A stretch of DNA of 64,000 bases, from NCBI GenBank assembly GCA_033764015.1, contig JANRJK010000023.1, forward strand, positions 32,001 to 96,000. Direction: 5' to 3'. Positions 47,996 through 58,134 of the stretch are shown piece by piece. Each line of letters starts with the position of its first letter. The first letter of the stretch is position 1. The notes under the pieces are model-generated. The model made no database searches. It saw only the letters and a list, made by a program, of their open reading frames with translations, and was not told where the DNA came from. The position numbers and the translations under genes are program-made. The DNA comes from Candidatus Sumerlaeia bacterium. Lineage in GTDB: Bacteria; Sumerlaeota; Sumerlaeia; SLMS01; JANRJK01.

Positions 47996-50548
47996 ATGAG
48001 CACGGAAGGATCATCGAGTTGGCGGCGCCGGCTGGGGCGCGGGAGCCTGCGGCGTCGCGTGCTGCTGGTGGTGCTCGCGGTCGGCCTGGTGCCGGCGCTC
48101 CTGGTGACGCTCTTCGCCGCCGCGACCTCCTACCGAACCGTCGTCGGGACGGTCCGCGGCCAAGGGATCGACCGTTCGCGCGAGGTTTCGCAGGAGTTCG
48201 ACACGCAGCTCGCGCGCCTGGGCGAGGCGTTGCGCTTCGCGCTGGCGGCGCCGGGCCTCATGCGCGAGCTGCGCAGCCCCGTCGCCGGGCGGCCCGATCT
48301 GGACGAGGCGATGGCGCAGGTGCACGCGCGCCTGGCCGGCACCCTGTTCGAGGACGCCCGCGTCTACTTCGTCGAACGCACCGGCCTCGTCACCGGCTAC
48401 ATGGAGGGGGGCGCCTTCCGCGCGCTCGACGAGTACCCCGCGGAGCTGGCCTCCACCCCCTACGCCGCGCTGCTCGCGGGGGGCCTCGAGTTCGAGGGGC
48501 GCGACACCGTCGCCGTCGAGGGGCGGCCCTTCGCCGGGCGGGCGGGGCTCTGGCTCCTCGGGCGGATTCCCGCGGCGGTCGACACGGAGCAGCGCTTCGC
48601 GGCGGTGCGCGTCCCGGCGGAGGCGATCTTCGCCGCCATCGAGACCGCCGGCGGCTTCGAGCGGCGCCGCTTCACCGTCTTCTCCACCGGCCTCGGCACC
48701 GTCCACGCCTCCGTCGGCGAACCGCCCGCGGAGCAGATCGGCGCCCTCCTCGACCCCTTTCCCAACCCCTCCGGCGCGCTGTCCGACACCGGCCTGCAAG
48801 GCATCGAATTCGCCTACTCGCGCATGGTGCGCCCGCTGGCGCTTTCGCCCCGCGGGGGCGAACCGGTGCTCTGGACCGTGCTCCATCCGGTCGACCTGGG
48901 CGACACCATGGCGAACTTCCAGCGCGAAATCTGGCTCCAGATACTCCTCGGCCTCGGCGCCGCCTTCGGCATCTGGGGCTTCGGCGTCTACGCCGCGAAC
49001 CGCCTGGTCGACCCGATCCTCGAACTCACGAAGGGCGTCGAGCAGATCGCGGGCGGCGAGCTGGACCAGCGCGTCGAACTCGCCACCGGCGACGAGCTGG
49101 AGGAACTCGCGACGTCGGTCAACACGATGGCGATGACGCTGTCGGAAAGCTACGCGCGCCTCGCGGACAAGCTGCTGCAGCTCGACGAGAAGGCGCGCCA
49201 GCTCGCGCTGCTGCGCCGCATCGGCCAGTCCGTCGGACGCTCCCTCGACATGGCGGAGCTCTTCGAGGTCTTCGCGCGCGAGGTGAACGACCTGATCCCG
49301 GTCGAGCTGGTGGCGCTGGCGCTCCCCGAGGGCGACGGCCTTCGCGTGGCGCACGCGGCGCCCGACGACCCCTCCGCGCTCGGCGCCGGCACCCGGCTCT
49401 CCCTGGAGCACTCGCGCGCGGGCGAGGCGCTCGCCGCGGCGCAGCCGGTGGCGCACCTGCTGCGCCGCCCGGGCCAGTACGACGAGGAGGCGGCGCTCGC
49501 CGGCAGCAACTGCATGTCGATCTGCGCCATCCCCCTCTTCACCGCCTCCGGCGTCGAGGGCGTGCTCCTCCTGTCGGACGCCAGCGCGGGCCGCTTCAAC
49601 CGCGGCGAGGTCGAGTTCCTCGCGCAGCTCGCCCAGACGCTCGCGCTCGCCGTCGAGCACAGCCGCCTCTTCACCCGCGTCTCGAACTTCGCCGCGGAAC
49701 TCGAACGCCAGGTCGCCGAGCGCACCCGCGACCTCCGCGAGGCGCAGGACCAGCTCGTGCAGGCGGAGCGCTTCGCCGCCACCGGCAAGATCGCCTCCGA
49801 CCTCGCGCACGAGATCAACAACCCGCTCTCGATCATCAAGAACTACCTCGCCATCGTGCAGCAGCAGATGCGCCTGCAGCGCAACCGCGGCGAAGAGCAG
49901 GAGCTGACGCTCGAGAACATCGAGGTGATCGGCGAGGAGATCGACCGCATCGCGCGCATCGTCGCGCAGCTCCGCCAGCTCGCGAAGCCGCAGATGCAGG
50001 CCGCGCCGCGCGCGGTCCGCGTCAACACCGAGGTGGCCAACCTCGCCGACATCTTCCGCGCGCCCTTCCAGAAGCGCGGCGTCGCGCTCGAGCTCGGCCT
50101 CGACGAGTCGCTCGGCGACGCCCGCATCCTCTCGGACCAGTTCCGCCAGATCGTCCTCAACCTCCTCAACAACGCCGCCGACGCCATCGAGCCCAAGGGG
50201 AAGGGGCGCGTGCTGCTGTCGACGCGGCGCCTCGGCGGCGAGCCGCCCCGCTTCTCCGTCAGCGTCGAGGACGACGGCACCGGCATCCCGGAGGAGATCC
50301 AGCAGCGCATCTTCGACCCGTTCTTCACCACCAAGAAGGAGGGGAAGGGCACGGGCCTCGGGCTCTCCGTGTCGTACAGCCTCGCGCAGCGTCTCGGCGG
50401 GACGCTGCGCTGCCAATCGACGCCAGGGGTCGGCACCGTGATGACGCTCGCGATCCCGCTGGAGTCTCCGGAGGGGGCGCCGGGGGACCCGGAGGAGGAG
50501 GCCGGGGGGGCGCCGCGCCGGTCCGGCGGGAAGACCATTCTTGGCTGA
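47996..50548 (+). CDS. Sensor histidine kinase (periplasmic domain, HAMP, GAF, HisKA, HATPase)
   Basis: Two TM segments, HAMP TGDELEELA, AHEINNPL, NLLNNAADA, DDGTGI, FDPFFTTK, GTGLGL. Confidence 0.95.
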   Translation: MSTEGSSSWRRRLGRGSLRRRVLLVVLAVGLVPALLVTLFAAATSYRTVVGTVRGQGIDRSREVSQEFDTQLARLGEALRFALAAPGLMRELRSPVAGRPDLDEAMAQVHARLAGTLFEDARVYFVERTGLVTGYMEGGAFRALDEYPAELASTPYAALLAGGLEFEGRDTVAVEGRPFAGRAGLWLLGRIPAAVDTEQRFAAVRVPAEAIFAAIETAGGFERRRFTVFSTGLGTVHASVGEPPAEQIGALLDPFPNPSGALSDTGLQGIEFAYSRMVRPLALSPRGGEPVLWTVLHPVDLGDTMANFQREIWLQILLGLGAAFGIWGFGVYAANRLVDPILELTKGVEQIAGGELDQRVELATGDELEELATSVNTMAMTLSESYARLADKLLQLDEKARQLALLRRIGQSVGRSLDMAELFEVFAREVNDLIPVELVALALPEGDGLRVAHAAPDDPSALGAGTRLSLEHSRAGEALAAAQPVAHLLRRPGQYDEEAALAGSNCMSICAIPLFTASGVEGVLLLSDASAGRFNRGEVEFLAQLAQTLALAVEHSRLFTRVSNFAAELERQVAERTRDLREAQDQLVQAERFAATGKIASDLAHEINNPLSIIKNYLAIVQQQMRLQRNRGEEQELTLENIEVIGEEIDRIARIVAQLRQLAKPQMQAAPRAVRVNTEVANLADIFRAPFQKRGVALELGLDESLGDARILSDQFRQIVLNLLNNAADAIEPKGKGRVLLSTRRLGGEPPRFSVSVEDDGTGIPEEIQQRIFDPFFTTKKEGKGTGLGLSVSYSLAQRLGGTLRCQSTPGVGTVMTLAIPLESPEGAPGDPEEEAGGAPRRSGGKTILG

Positions 50549-50626
50549 GCGCCCGCGCATTCCCTTTGCAGAGCGGGCGCCCGGCGGCTTCCATGGGGGT
50601 ACCACAGCCCGAGAGGAGAACACCGC

Positions 50627-52354
50627 ATGACGACCCCGAGCCGCATCGCGATGGTTGGGGCCGGACCCGGAGACGTGGGGCTGGTGACGTGCCGGGCCCT
50701 CGAGCTGATCGCCGCCGCCGACGTGCTGGTGGTCGACTCCGTCGTCGGCGAATCGCTCGCGTCGTTCTTCCCGCGCGGGGTCGAGCGCTTCTCGACGCCG
50801 CGGCGCTGCACGGGGTTCGTGCCGCTCCCCGCGGCGGAGGTGGTGCCGCTGCTGGTGTCGCGCTCCCTCGAGGGCAAGCGGGTGGTCCGCGTGAAGTCCA
50901 GCGACCCGCTCTTCTTCGGCTCCGGCTGCGACGAGATCCTCGAGTGCCGCGCGGCGGGCGCCGCGATCGAGATCGTGCCCGGCGTGCCGCGCGTCACCGC
51001 GGGGCCCTCGCTGGCGGGCATCCCGCTCGCGCAGCGCGGCGTCGCCGGCAGCGTGCTGATCCTCCCCGGCAAGATCCGCCACGCCCGCGCCAAGGAGCCC
51101 GCCGCCCCCGAGGCCCCGCACGGGCGCCCCACCACGCACCGCGTCTTCGGCGCCAAGCGCGACGACATCGCGATCAACGAGTCGAGCCGCGTCGAGCTCG
51201 TCGACGACCGCGCGGCGGCGAAGGCCCGCATCCGGCTCGGCCCCGGCGGCTCCGAGGAAACGCACGACTACGACGTGGACAGCTACGCGGTGGACTGGCC
51301 GACGGTCTGCCGCGCCGCGGACACGCTCGTGTTCGAGGGCGTCACCTCCATCGGCGACCTCGAGGACGGCCTGCTCGCCGGCGGGCGCAGCGAATCCGAG
51401 CCCGCGGCCATGATCGCCGCCGCCGCCACCACCGCGCAGCACACCGCCATCGGCACCATCGGGGGCCTCCGAGAACTCTTCGCCCGCGAAAAGCCCCTCG
51501 GCCCGCTCACCGTCGTCGTCGGCGACGTCGTCAGCATCCGGCAGAACCTCTCCGAGTACGAGCAGCGGCCCCTCTTCGGGATGACCTTCGCCATCGCCGG
51601 CGCCATGTCCGACCCGTGGTGCCTCGAGGCGCGCCTCCTCGGCGAGGGCGCCGCCCCCCTCGCGCTCCCCCTGCGCCGCCTCGACGCCCCCCACTCGCTC
51701 AACCAGGTCGTCCAGGAACTCCTCGACGACTTCTCCGCCGCCAACGCGCTCGTGGTCGAATCGGCGGATTCGGCGCGCAACTTGGTCGAGGCGCTGGAAC
51801 GCTCCTGGCTCGACTGGCGGATCCTGCCCCGCGACGCGAAGGTGCTCGCCTGCGGCCAGCCCACCGCCGAAGTGCTCGAGCGCGCCGGCCTGCGCTGCGA
51901 AGCGGTCGAGCGCCACCAGCTCAAGGGCGACTTCGTGATCGAGGAGATCGCCGAGACCCCGCGGCGCCACCGCGTGCTGCTCGCCGGCGGCGCGCCCATG
52001 GACGCCCTCGCGCAGGAACTCGTCGCCCGCGGCCACAAGGCGCTCCACATCCCGGTCTACGAGGAGCAGACGCTGCTGGCGAACGTGCTCACGCTCAAGA
52101 CCCGCCTCGAGCGCGGCACGCTGGACGGCGTCCTGTTCACCACGCCGGAGGAGGTGGCGCTGCTCGAGGAGCACTGGGGCGCCGAGGACTGCCGCGGCCT
52201 GCTCGGCGGCGTCCTCGTGGGCGCCCTCGATATCGCCACCGCCCAGGCCCTCACGCGCATCAAGATCACCGCCCACGTGGTCCCCGCGAAAGCCTCCCAC
52301 GAGGCGCTCGTGCGCGAACTCAGCGCCTTCCGCGCCTCGCCGCCGGCCCCTTAG
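50627..52354 (+). CDS. Divergent uroporphyrinogen-III C-methyltransferase/synthase (CobA-HemD fusion)-like protein
   Basis: VGAGPGDVGLVT, GKRVVRVK..DP..FG.G, AGIPL, VVGDVV, E.RPLFG junction, then a HemD-like half. Confidence 0.75.
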   Translation: MTTPSRIAMVGAGPGDVGLVTCRALELIAAADVLVVDSVVGESLASFFPRGVERFSTPRRCTGFVPLPAAEVVPLLVSRSLEGKRVVRVKSSDPLFFGSGCDEILECRAAGAAIEIVPGVPRVTAGPSLAGIPLAQRGVAGSVLILPGKIRHARAKEPAAPEAPHGRPTTHRVFGAKRDDIAINESSRVELVDDRAAAKARIRLGPGGSEETHDYDVDSYAVDWPTVCRAADTLVFEGVTSIGDLEDGLLAGGRSESEPAAMIAAAATTAQHTAIGTIGGLRELFAREKPLGPLTVVVGDVVSIRQNLSEYEQRPLFGMTFAIAGAMSDPWCLEARLLGEGAAPLALPLRRLDAPHSLNQVVQELLDDFSAANALVVESADSARNLVEALERSWLDWRILPRDAKVLACGQPTAEVLERAGLRCEAVERHQLKGDFVIEEIAETPRRHRVLLAGGAPMDALAQELVARGHKALHIPVYEEQTLLANVLTLKTRLERGTLDGVLFTTPEEVALLEEHWGAEDCRGLLGGVLVGALDIATAQALTRIKITAHVVPAKASHEALVRELSAFRASPPAP

Positions 52355-52444
52355 CGCCGCCCCCTCCGCCCGCCGGGGTTGAAGCGCGGCGGGGTTCGTG
52401 CGTTCCTCAAGCAGTCCCCGAATCCAAACCACGCGAGTGCATCC

Positions 52445-54271
52445 ATGAGCGACACGCAGCAGAAGCCCAAGGCCCCGGACATGGTCTGGGACCTCAGCAG
52501 CTATTTCCCCGGCATCGAGACCGTCGAGTACGAGCAGTTCATGAAGGACCTGGAATCCCGCATCGCGGCCCGACGCGAGGCCATGGCGGCGATCGGCCCG
52601 CTCACCGCCGCGACGCGTCCCGCATGGATCGCCGCGCTCCTCGCGCTCGAGGAGCTGGCGCCGCGCGCCAGCCACGCATCGTCCTACATCGGCTGCCTCT
52701 CCGCCGCGGACTCCGCCGACGAGGCCGCGGAACGCGAGGATGCGCGCCTCGCGAAGATCTGGGCCGAGTTCGAAAAGGCCGGCCTCCCGCTCGACGAAAT
52801 GCTCCGCACCGCCCCCGACGCGGAGTTCGAGGCCCTGGCCGCGGCGCCGGAGATCGCCGATTCGCAGCACTACCTCCGCCGCGCCCGCTGGTCCGCCCGC
52901 CACAGCATGGACACGGTCCGCGAGTCGCTCGCGTCCGACCTCTCCGTCGACGGGCTCCACGCCTGGGGGCGCCTCTACGAGAAGATCGCCGGCAAGTTAG
53001 AGTTCGAGTTCACCGATGAGGACGGCACCATCCAGAAGCGCCCCATGGCCCAGCGCCGCGGGCTTCTGGAACATGCGAATCCCGCCGTCCGCAAATCGGT
53101 CTTCCAAGGCTCCAACAAGTCCTGGGAGCGGGTGGAGCATGTCGTCGCGTCGTGCCTGAACGCCATCAGCGGAACGCGCCTCACGCTCTACCGCGAGCGC
53201 GGAGTCCCGCACTACCTCGCGCAGGCACTGCACGAATCCGCGATCGAACGCGCCACCCTGGATGCCATGATGGGCGCGATCGAAGAATCCGTCGAGTTGT
53301 CGCGAGGAATCGTCCGCGCGAAGAAGGAGGCGCTCGGGCTCGGAACCTTCGGATTCCAGGACCTCGCCGCGCCGCTACCCGTCAAGTTGAAGGACGAGTT
53401 CACCTGGGACGAGGCGAAGCGCGCGGTCCTCAAGAGCTTCGCCCGCTACCCGCGCCTGCAGGAATACTGCGACCGCGCGTTCCGCAACCGCTGGATCGAA
53501 GCGGAGAAGCGCAACGGCAAGCGCCCCGGCGCCTTCTGCACCTCCTCGTCCCTGATCCGCGAATCGCGCGTCTTCATGACATTCAACGGCACCGTCGGCG
53601 ACGTCATGACGCTCGCCCACGAGCTGGGCCACGCGTTCCACAATGAAGTGATGAAGGACCTGCGCAACATGCGCCGCTACTACCCGATGACGCTGGCGGA
53701 AACAGCCTCCACCTTCGCGGAAGCCATGCTCGTCTCGGAACTGGTGGATTCGCCCGACACCTCCCCGGAGACGAAGGCATACCTGCTCGACGCCGGAATC
53801 ACCCACGGCGCCGCCTTCCTGCTTGATATTCCGATGCGCTTCTACTTCGAGGACGCCCTCTACGCGGAGCGTTCCTCGGGCGAACTCTCCGTCACGCGCA
53901 TCAAGGAGTTGATGGTGGCCGCGCAGAAGCGGAGCTTCGGCGACACCCTCGACGCGGACGGGTTCGATCCCTTCTTCTGGGCGTCGAAGCTGCACTTCTA
54001 TATCACCGGCGTCAGCTTCTACAACTTCCCGTACACCTTCGGCTACCTGTTCAGCCGGGCGCTCAGCGAGCGCTTCCGGGCGGAGGGCCCCTCCTTCGCC
54101 GCCAAGTACGAAGCCGCCCTGGAAGCCACCGGCTCGCGCCCGGCGGAGGAAATCTCCCTGGAAGTCCTCGGCGAGGACATGCGCACACGCGCATTCTGGA
54201 AGCGCGTAGTGGATAGCCACGCTCGCGATTTGGGAACCTATCGCGACGTTGTTGCCTCACTCAAGAAGTAG
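52445..54271 (+). CDS. pepF: M3-family oligoendopeptidase F
   Basis: WDL N-terminus, GKRPGAFCT, TLAHELGHAFH (HExxH), LAETASTFAE, FYNFPYTFG. Confidence 0.93.
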   Translation: MSDTQQKPKAPDMVWDLSSYFPGIETVEYEQFMKDLESRIAARREAMAAIGPLTAATRPAWIAALLALEELAPRASHASSYIGCLSAADSADEAAEREDARLAKIWAEFEKAGLPLDEMLRTAPDAEFEALAAAPEIADSQHYLRRARWSARHSMDTVRESLASDLSVDGLHAWGRLYEKIAGKLEFEFTDEDGTIQKRPMAQRRGLLEHANPAVRKSVFQGSNKSWERVEHVVASCLNAISGTRLTLYRERGVPHYLAQALHESAIERATLDAMMGAIEESVELSRGIVRAKKEALGLGTFGFQDLAAPLPVKLKDEFTWDEAKRAVLKSFARYPRLQEYCDRAFRNRWIEAEKRNGKRPGAFCTSSSLIRESRVFMTFNGTVGDVMTLAHELGHAFHNEVMKDLRNMRRYYPMTLAETASTFAEAMLVSELVDSPDTSPETKAYLLDAGITHGAAFLLDIPMRFYFEDALYAERSSGELSVTRIKELMVAAQKRSFGDTLDADGFDPFFWASKLHFYITGVSFYNFPYTFGYLFSRALSERFRAEGPSFAAKYEAALEATGSRPAEEISLEVLGEDMRTRAFWKRVVDSHARDLGTYRDVVASLKK

Positions 54272-54286
54272 CCTTGGTATCGCAAA

Positions 54287-54340
54287 GGGGCTCGAAGCGT
54301 TGGTGGGTTATCCACCGCTTCGAGCCCCGCGCATTTTCTT
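54287..54340 (+). terminator. Hairpin terminator after pepF
   Basis: GGGGCTCGAAGCG...CGCTTCGAGCCCC followed by a T-rich tract. Confidence 0.65.
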
Positions 54341-54432
54341 CTTGCATCAGCGGCATCCATCTTCTCCTACTCATCCGGAACGCGCGAGAACACCACCACC
54401 CGGCGCGCAAAACCCACGAAAGGCGACTTGCC

Positions 54433-54897
54433 ATGAGCGCCACCCTGGCCCCCGAAATCGAGGCACGGCTCAAAGACCTCGAGCAGGAATACGAAGCCCG
54501 CCGCCAGCAAATCCTTCAAGCCAGCATCGCACCCCTTCGCGAGCAGCTCAAGCACATCGAGCACCAGATCGCGGAACTTACGAATAAGCGTAATGAAATC
54601 CAAGGCACCATCGACCGCATGACGGGCAACAAGACCGCCGCCGCCAAGACCGCCGGTGTGAAGAAGGCCCGCCGCCCCATCCTCCGCTTCGAGCAGAAGC
54701 GCGAGAAGATCGCCCAGATCTTCCGCGAGGAAAGCGTCAGCCACGGATTCCCCCTCAAGGCCATCGCCAAGCGCATGCAGCGCGAAGCCAACCTCACCCC
54801 CGCCGACCTCAGCCCCCGCGAAATCAACAAGTTCCTCCCCGAGGGTTTCGTCGTCGAAGGCTCCGGCCGCCAGAAGACCATCGCGCGCCACACCTGA
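54433..54897 (+). CDS. Hypothetical coiled-coil + basic protein (possible nucleoid-associated protein)
   Basis: Strongly GC3-biased codons, heptad N-terminus, KTAAAKTAGVKKARR linker, own terminator. Confidence 0.75.
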   Translation: MSATLAPEIEARLKDLEQEYEARRQQILQASIAPLREQLKHIEHQIAELTNKRNEIQGTIDRMTGNKTAAAKTAGVKKARRPILRFEQKREKIAQIFREESVSHGFPLKAIAKRMQREANLTPADLSPREINKFLPEGFVVEGSGRQKTIARHT

Positions 54898-54933
54898 TCG
54901 CCAGCGCACCGCCAAAGTCGCTACTGATACAAC

Positions 54934-54970
54934 GAACCGCCGGCGCTCACACGCCGGCGGTTCCGTTTTT
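54934..54970 (+). terminator. Intrinsic terminator
   Basis: GAACCGCCGGCG-ctcaca-CGCCGGCGGTTC then CGTTTTT. Confidence 0.85.
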
Positions 54971-54996
54971 CGAATCAACGCCCATCAAGGTTTTGC

Positions 54997-55827
54997 CTAA
55001 TCAGTGCGAAGAATCGTGACGGACCGGCTCGCCGCTTCTTCCAACGCAGCATCGGTGATCCGTACACCACGCCCCAGCACAAGTTGCCGCTTACCTTGCT
55101 GGAAAGCTGCGACAACATCTTCCGCAGTGACAAATCCGGAAGAGGGCTTTAGGGTTGTCGAAGGATGATGCTGTTGGGTTTGCGTTTCCTCAAGACTAGG
55201 TGCTCCGGTCCCCAACCGCCGCGTCGCGAGACCGAACAGCTCCGCCGGATGGGGGCGGTACTCGAGCCCCCAGCTCGACAAGACATCCAGATCGCGCTGG
55301 GCGAGCGCCCCCAAGCTGTTCTCGCCCCGCCGCATCGCAGGGGGCATCGACGCGGGCCAGTCGGCGAACACGTAGTCTCCGCCGGCGGCGAAGGTCGGGA
55401 GTCCGTTCGCCAACGATTCCGTAAGCAGCAGCGACGGCACGCCGTCCGCCAGTCCGCGGGCGGCCTTCGCGAAGGTCGACAGGCGCGGCAGCAGGACCAC
55501 CAGCCCCGCGGCGTCTTCGAGGAGCTTGCGCGCGGCCAGCAGCCCCGGCGCGAACAGCGGGGGCAGCGGCAGTTCCAGCGCTTCCACCTCGCGGGGATCG
55601 AACCGCTCGTTGTAGCAGGAGGGGATCAGGAGCTGCGTGGGGGTTTCCGCCGCGAGCGCCCGGACCAGCGCCAGCGCTTCCGGCTGGTGGCTGCGTCCGC
55701 CGAGCAGTAGGACGAGCAAAGGCTTCGGCGGCGCCGGTTCCGCCTCGCCGCGCAACAGCCGCTCGAGCGTCTCGCGGACGAGGCGCTCGATCAGGCGCCG
55801 GGTGTCGGCGTCGGTGGAGCCGCTCAA
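54997..55827 (-). CDS. Flavoprotein-like protein of the kind found in bacterial microcompartment loci
   Basis: N-terminal amphipathic DTRRLIERLVRETLERL; LSTFAKAARGLAD flavoprotein-like motif; C-terminal FVTAEDV...ITDAALEEA; TTG start overlapping upstream stop. Confidence 0.65.
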   Translation of the reverse strand: MSGSTDADTRRLIERLVRETLERLLRGEAEPAPPKPLLVLLLGGRSHQPEALALVRALAAETPTQLLIPSCYNERFDPREVEALELPLPPLFAPGLLAARKLLEDAAGLVVLLPRLSTFAKAARGLADGVPSLLLTESLANGLPTFAAGGDYVFADWPASMPPAMRRGENSLGALAQRDLDVLSSWGLEYRPHPAELFGLATRRLGTGAPSLEETQTQQHHPSTTLKPSSGFVTAEDVVAAFQQGKRQLVLGRGVRITDAALEEAASRSVTILRTD

Positions 55828-56060
55828 TACACGATCACCGCGGGGGAGGCCGGCGGCACATAGCGCGTGGGCTCCATCGGCGCGGCCGGGGCGCGCTGCG
55901 GGGCGCGGACCGATTGCTCGGGGACGCCCTCCGGGCTCAGCTCGTACGCCCGGTACGCCGCGCCGCGCCACACGTGGAACATCGCTCCGAAGAAGAGGGC
56001 CGACCCCACCACCAGGTAGGCCACGGCGACACGGTTCGCGTAGCGTTCGGTGGTCAGCAT
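55824..56060 (-). CDS. Small membrane protein
   Basis: One TM segment (VAVAYLVVGSALFFGAMF); starts 4 bp after the accC stop and overlaps the next gene. Confidence 0.65.
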   Translation of the reverse strand: MLTTERYANRVAVAYLVVGSALFFGAMFHVWRGAAYRAYELSPEGVPEQSVRAPQRAPAAPMEPTRYVPPASPAVIVY

Positions 56061-56064
56061 GGCG

Positions 56065-57411
56065 TCAGGCCCCGTCCTTCCACTTCTCGAGGAAATCGGT
56101 GCCGAAGTCCCCCTTCAGCCACAACGGGTTGCGCATGACTTCCATGTGGAAGGGGGCCGTGGTCTTGATGCCCTCGACCACCAGCTCGTTGAGCGCGCGG
56201 TGCATGCGGGCGCTCGCCTTGTTCCGGTCCTCGTCCCAGACGATCAGCTTCGCGACCATCGAGTCGTAGAAGGGCGGGATCACATAGCCGGGGTAGCAGT
56301 GCGTGTCCACCCGCACCCCCGGGCCGCCGGGGGGGACGTAGTCCGTGAGCTTGCCGGGGCACGGCATGAAGTTCTTCGCGGGGTCCTCGGCGTTGATGCG
56401 GCACTCGATCGCGTGGCCGCGGATCGTGATGTCGTCCTGCTTGAAGGCGAGCTTCTCGCCCATGGCCACCAGGATCTGCCACCGCACCAGGTCGACGCTG
56501 GTGATCATCTCGGTGACTGGATGCTCCACCTGGATGCGGGTGTTCATTTCCATGAAGTAGAATTCGCCGCTCTTATCGAGCAGGAACTCGACGGTCCCGG
56601 CGCCGCGGTAGTCCACTTGGCGCGCGGCGCGGACGGCGGCCTCGCCCATGCGGCGGCGCAGCTCCGGCGTGACGACGCTGCTGGGGCCTTCCTCGACGAG
56701 TTTCTGGTGGCGGCGCTGCACGGAGCACTCGCGCTCGCCCAGGTAGACGATGTTGCCGTGGTTGTCGCCGAGCACCTGCACTTCGACGTGCTTGGGCGAG
56801 ATGATGCACTTCTCGACGTAGACGTCGGGATTGCCGAAGGCGGCGCCCGCCTCCGTCTGCGCGGTCTGGAGCATCTGCGCGAAGGACCTCTCGTCCTTGG
56901 CGATGCGCATGCCGCGCCCGCCGCCGCCGGCGGTGGCCTTGATCATCACGGGGAAGCCGATCTTGCGGGCGCGTTCGAGGCCCTCCGCGGCGTCCTTCAG
57001 GATGCCCTTGGTGCCCGGAACCACGGGGCACTGCGCCGCGATGGCCGTCTCGCGGGCGGTGGCCTTGTCGCCCATCAACTCGATCGAGCGCGGCATCGGC
57101 CCGATGAAGACGATGTTGTTGTCGGCGCAGGCGCGGGCGAAGTCGGCCTTCTCCGAGAGGAAGCCGTAGCCCGGGTGGATCGCGTCGGCGCCGGTGATCT
57201 CCGCGGCGGCGATGATCCGCGCGGGCACCAGGTAGCTGTAGACGCTTTGCGGCGGGCCGATGCAGACCGCCTCGTCGGCGGCGTGCACATGCAGCGACTC
57301 CGCGTCGGCGGTCGAATACACCGCGACGGTCTGGAGGCCGAGTTCCTTGCAGGCGCGGATCACGCGGAGCGCGATCTCGCCCCGGTTCGCGACGAGTACC
57401 TTCTTGATCAT
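56065..57411 (-). CDS. accC: Acetyl-CoA carboxylase biotin carboxylase subunit
   Basis: [67 protein letters not shown]. Confidence 0.98.
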   Translation of the reverse strand: MIKKVLVANRGEIALRVIRACKELGLQTVAVYSTADAESLHVHAADEAVCIGPPQSVYSYLVPARIIAAAEITGADAIHPGYGFLSEKADFARACADNNIVFIGPMPRSIELMGDKATARETAIAAQCPVVPGTKGILKDAAEGLERARKIGFPVMIKATAGGGGRGMRIAKDERSFAQMLQTAQTEAGAAFGNPDVYVEKCIISPKHVEVQVLGDNHGNIVYLGERECSVQRRHQKLVEEGPSSVVTPELRRRMGEAAVRAARQVDYRGAGTVEFLLDKSGEFYFMEMNTRIQVEHPVTEMITSVDLVRWQILVAMGEKLAFKQDDITIRGHAIECRINAEDPAKNFMPCPGKLTDYVPPGGPGVRVDTHCYPGYVIPPFYDSMVAKLIVWDEDRNKASARMHRALNELVVEGIKTTAPFHMEVMRNPLWLKGDFGTDFLEKWKDGA

Positions 57412-57434
57412 TGGGCGGTCCGTCCCGTGGGGGC

Positions 57435-57989
<555 letters not shown>

Positions 57990-58134
57990 GTGGCGGGGAA
58001 CCTCTGCGCGGGGCGTTGTCCCGCACGCGCGGCGGACGCCGCGGGGCGCGCCGCCCGGACGCGCGGGACCGCTTTGGATTCCTAACGGTGCCCGCCAACG
58101 GCGCCGAGGGGTCAAGGAGTTACGCCCCCGCGCG

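Noticed and set aside
48011..53019. Very long ORFs 48011-52960 (-) and 48019-53019 (+), and similar ones such as 20013-21908, 22168-24669 and 60946-63027
   Set aside because: Arg/Gly/Pro-rich or antisense shadow frames of clear genes, as expected in high-GC DNA; no recognisable motifs
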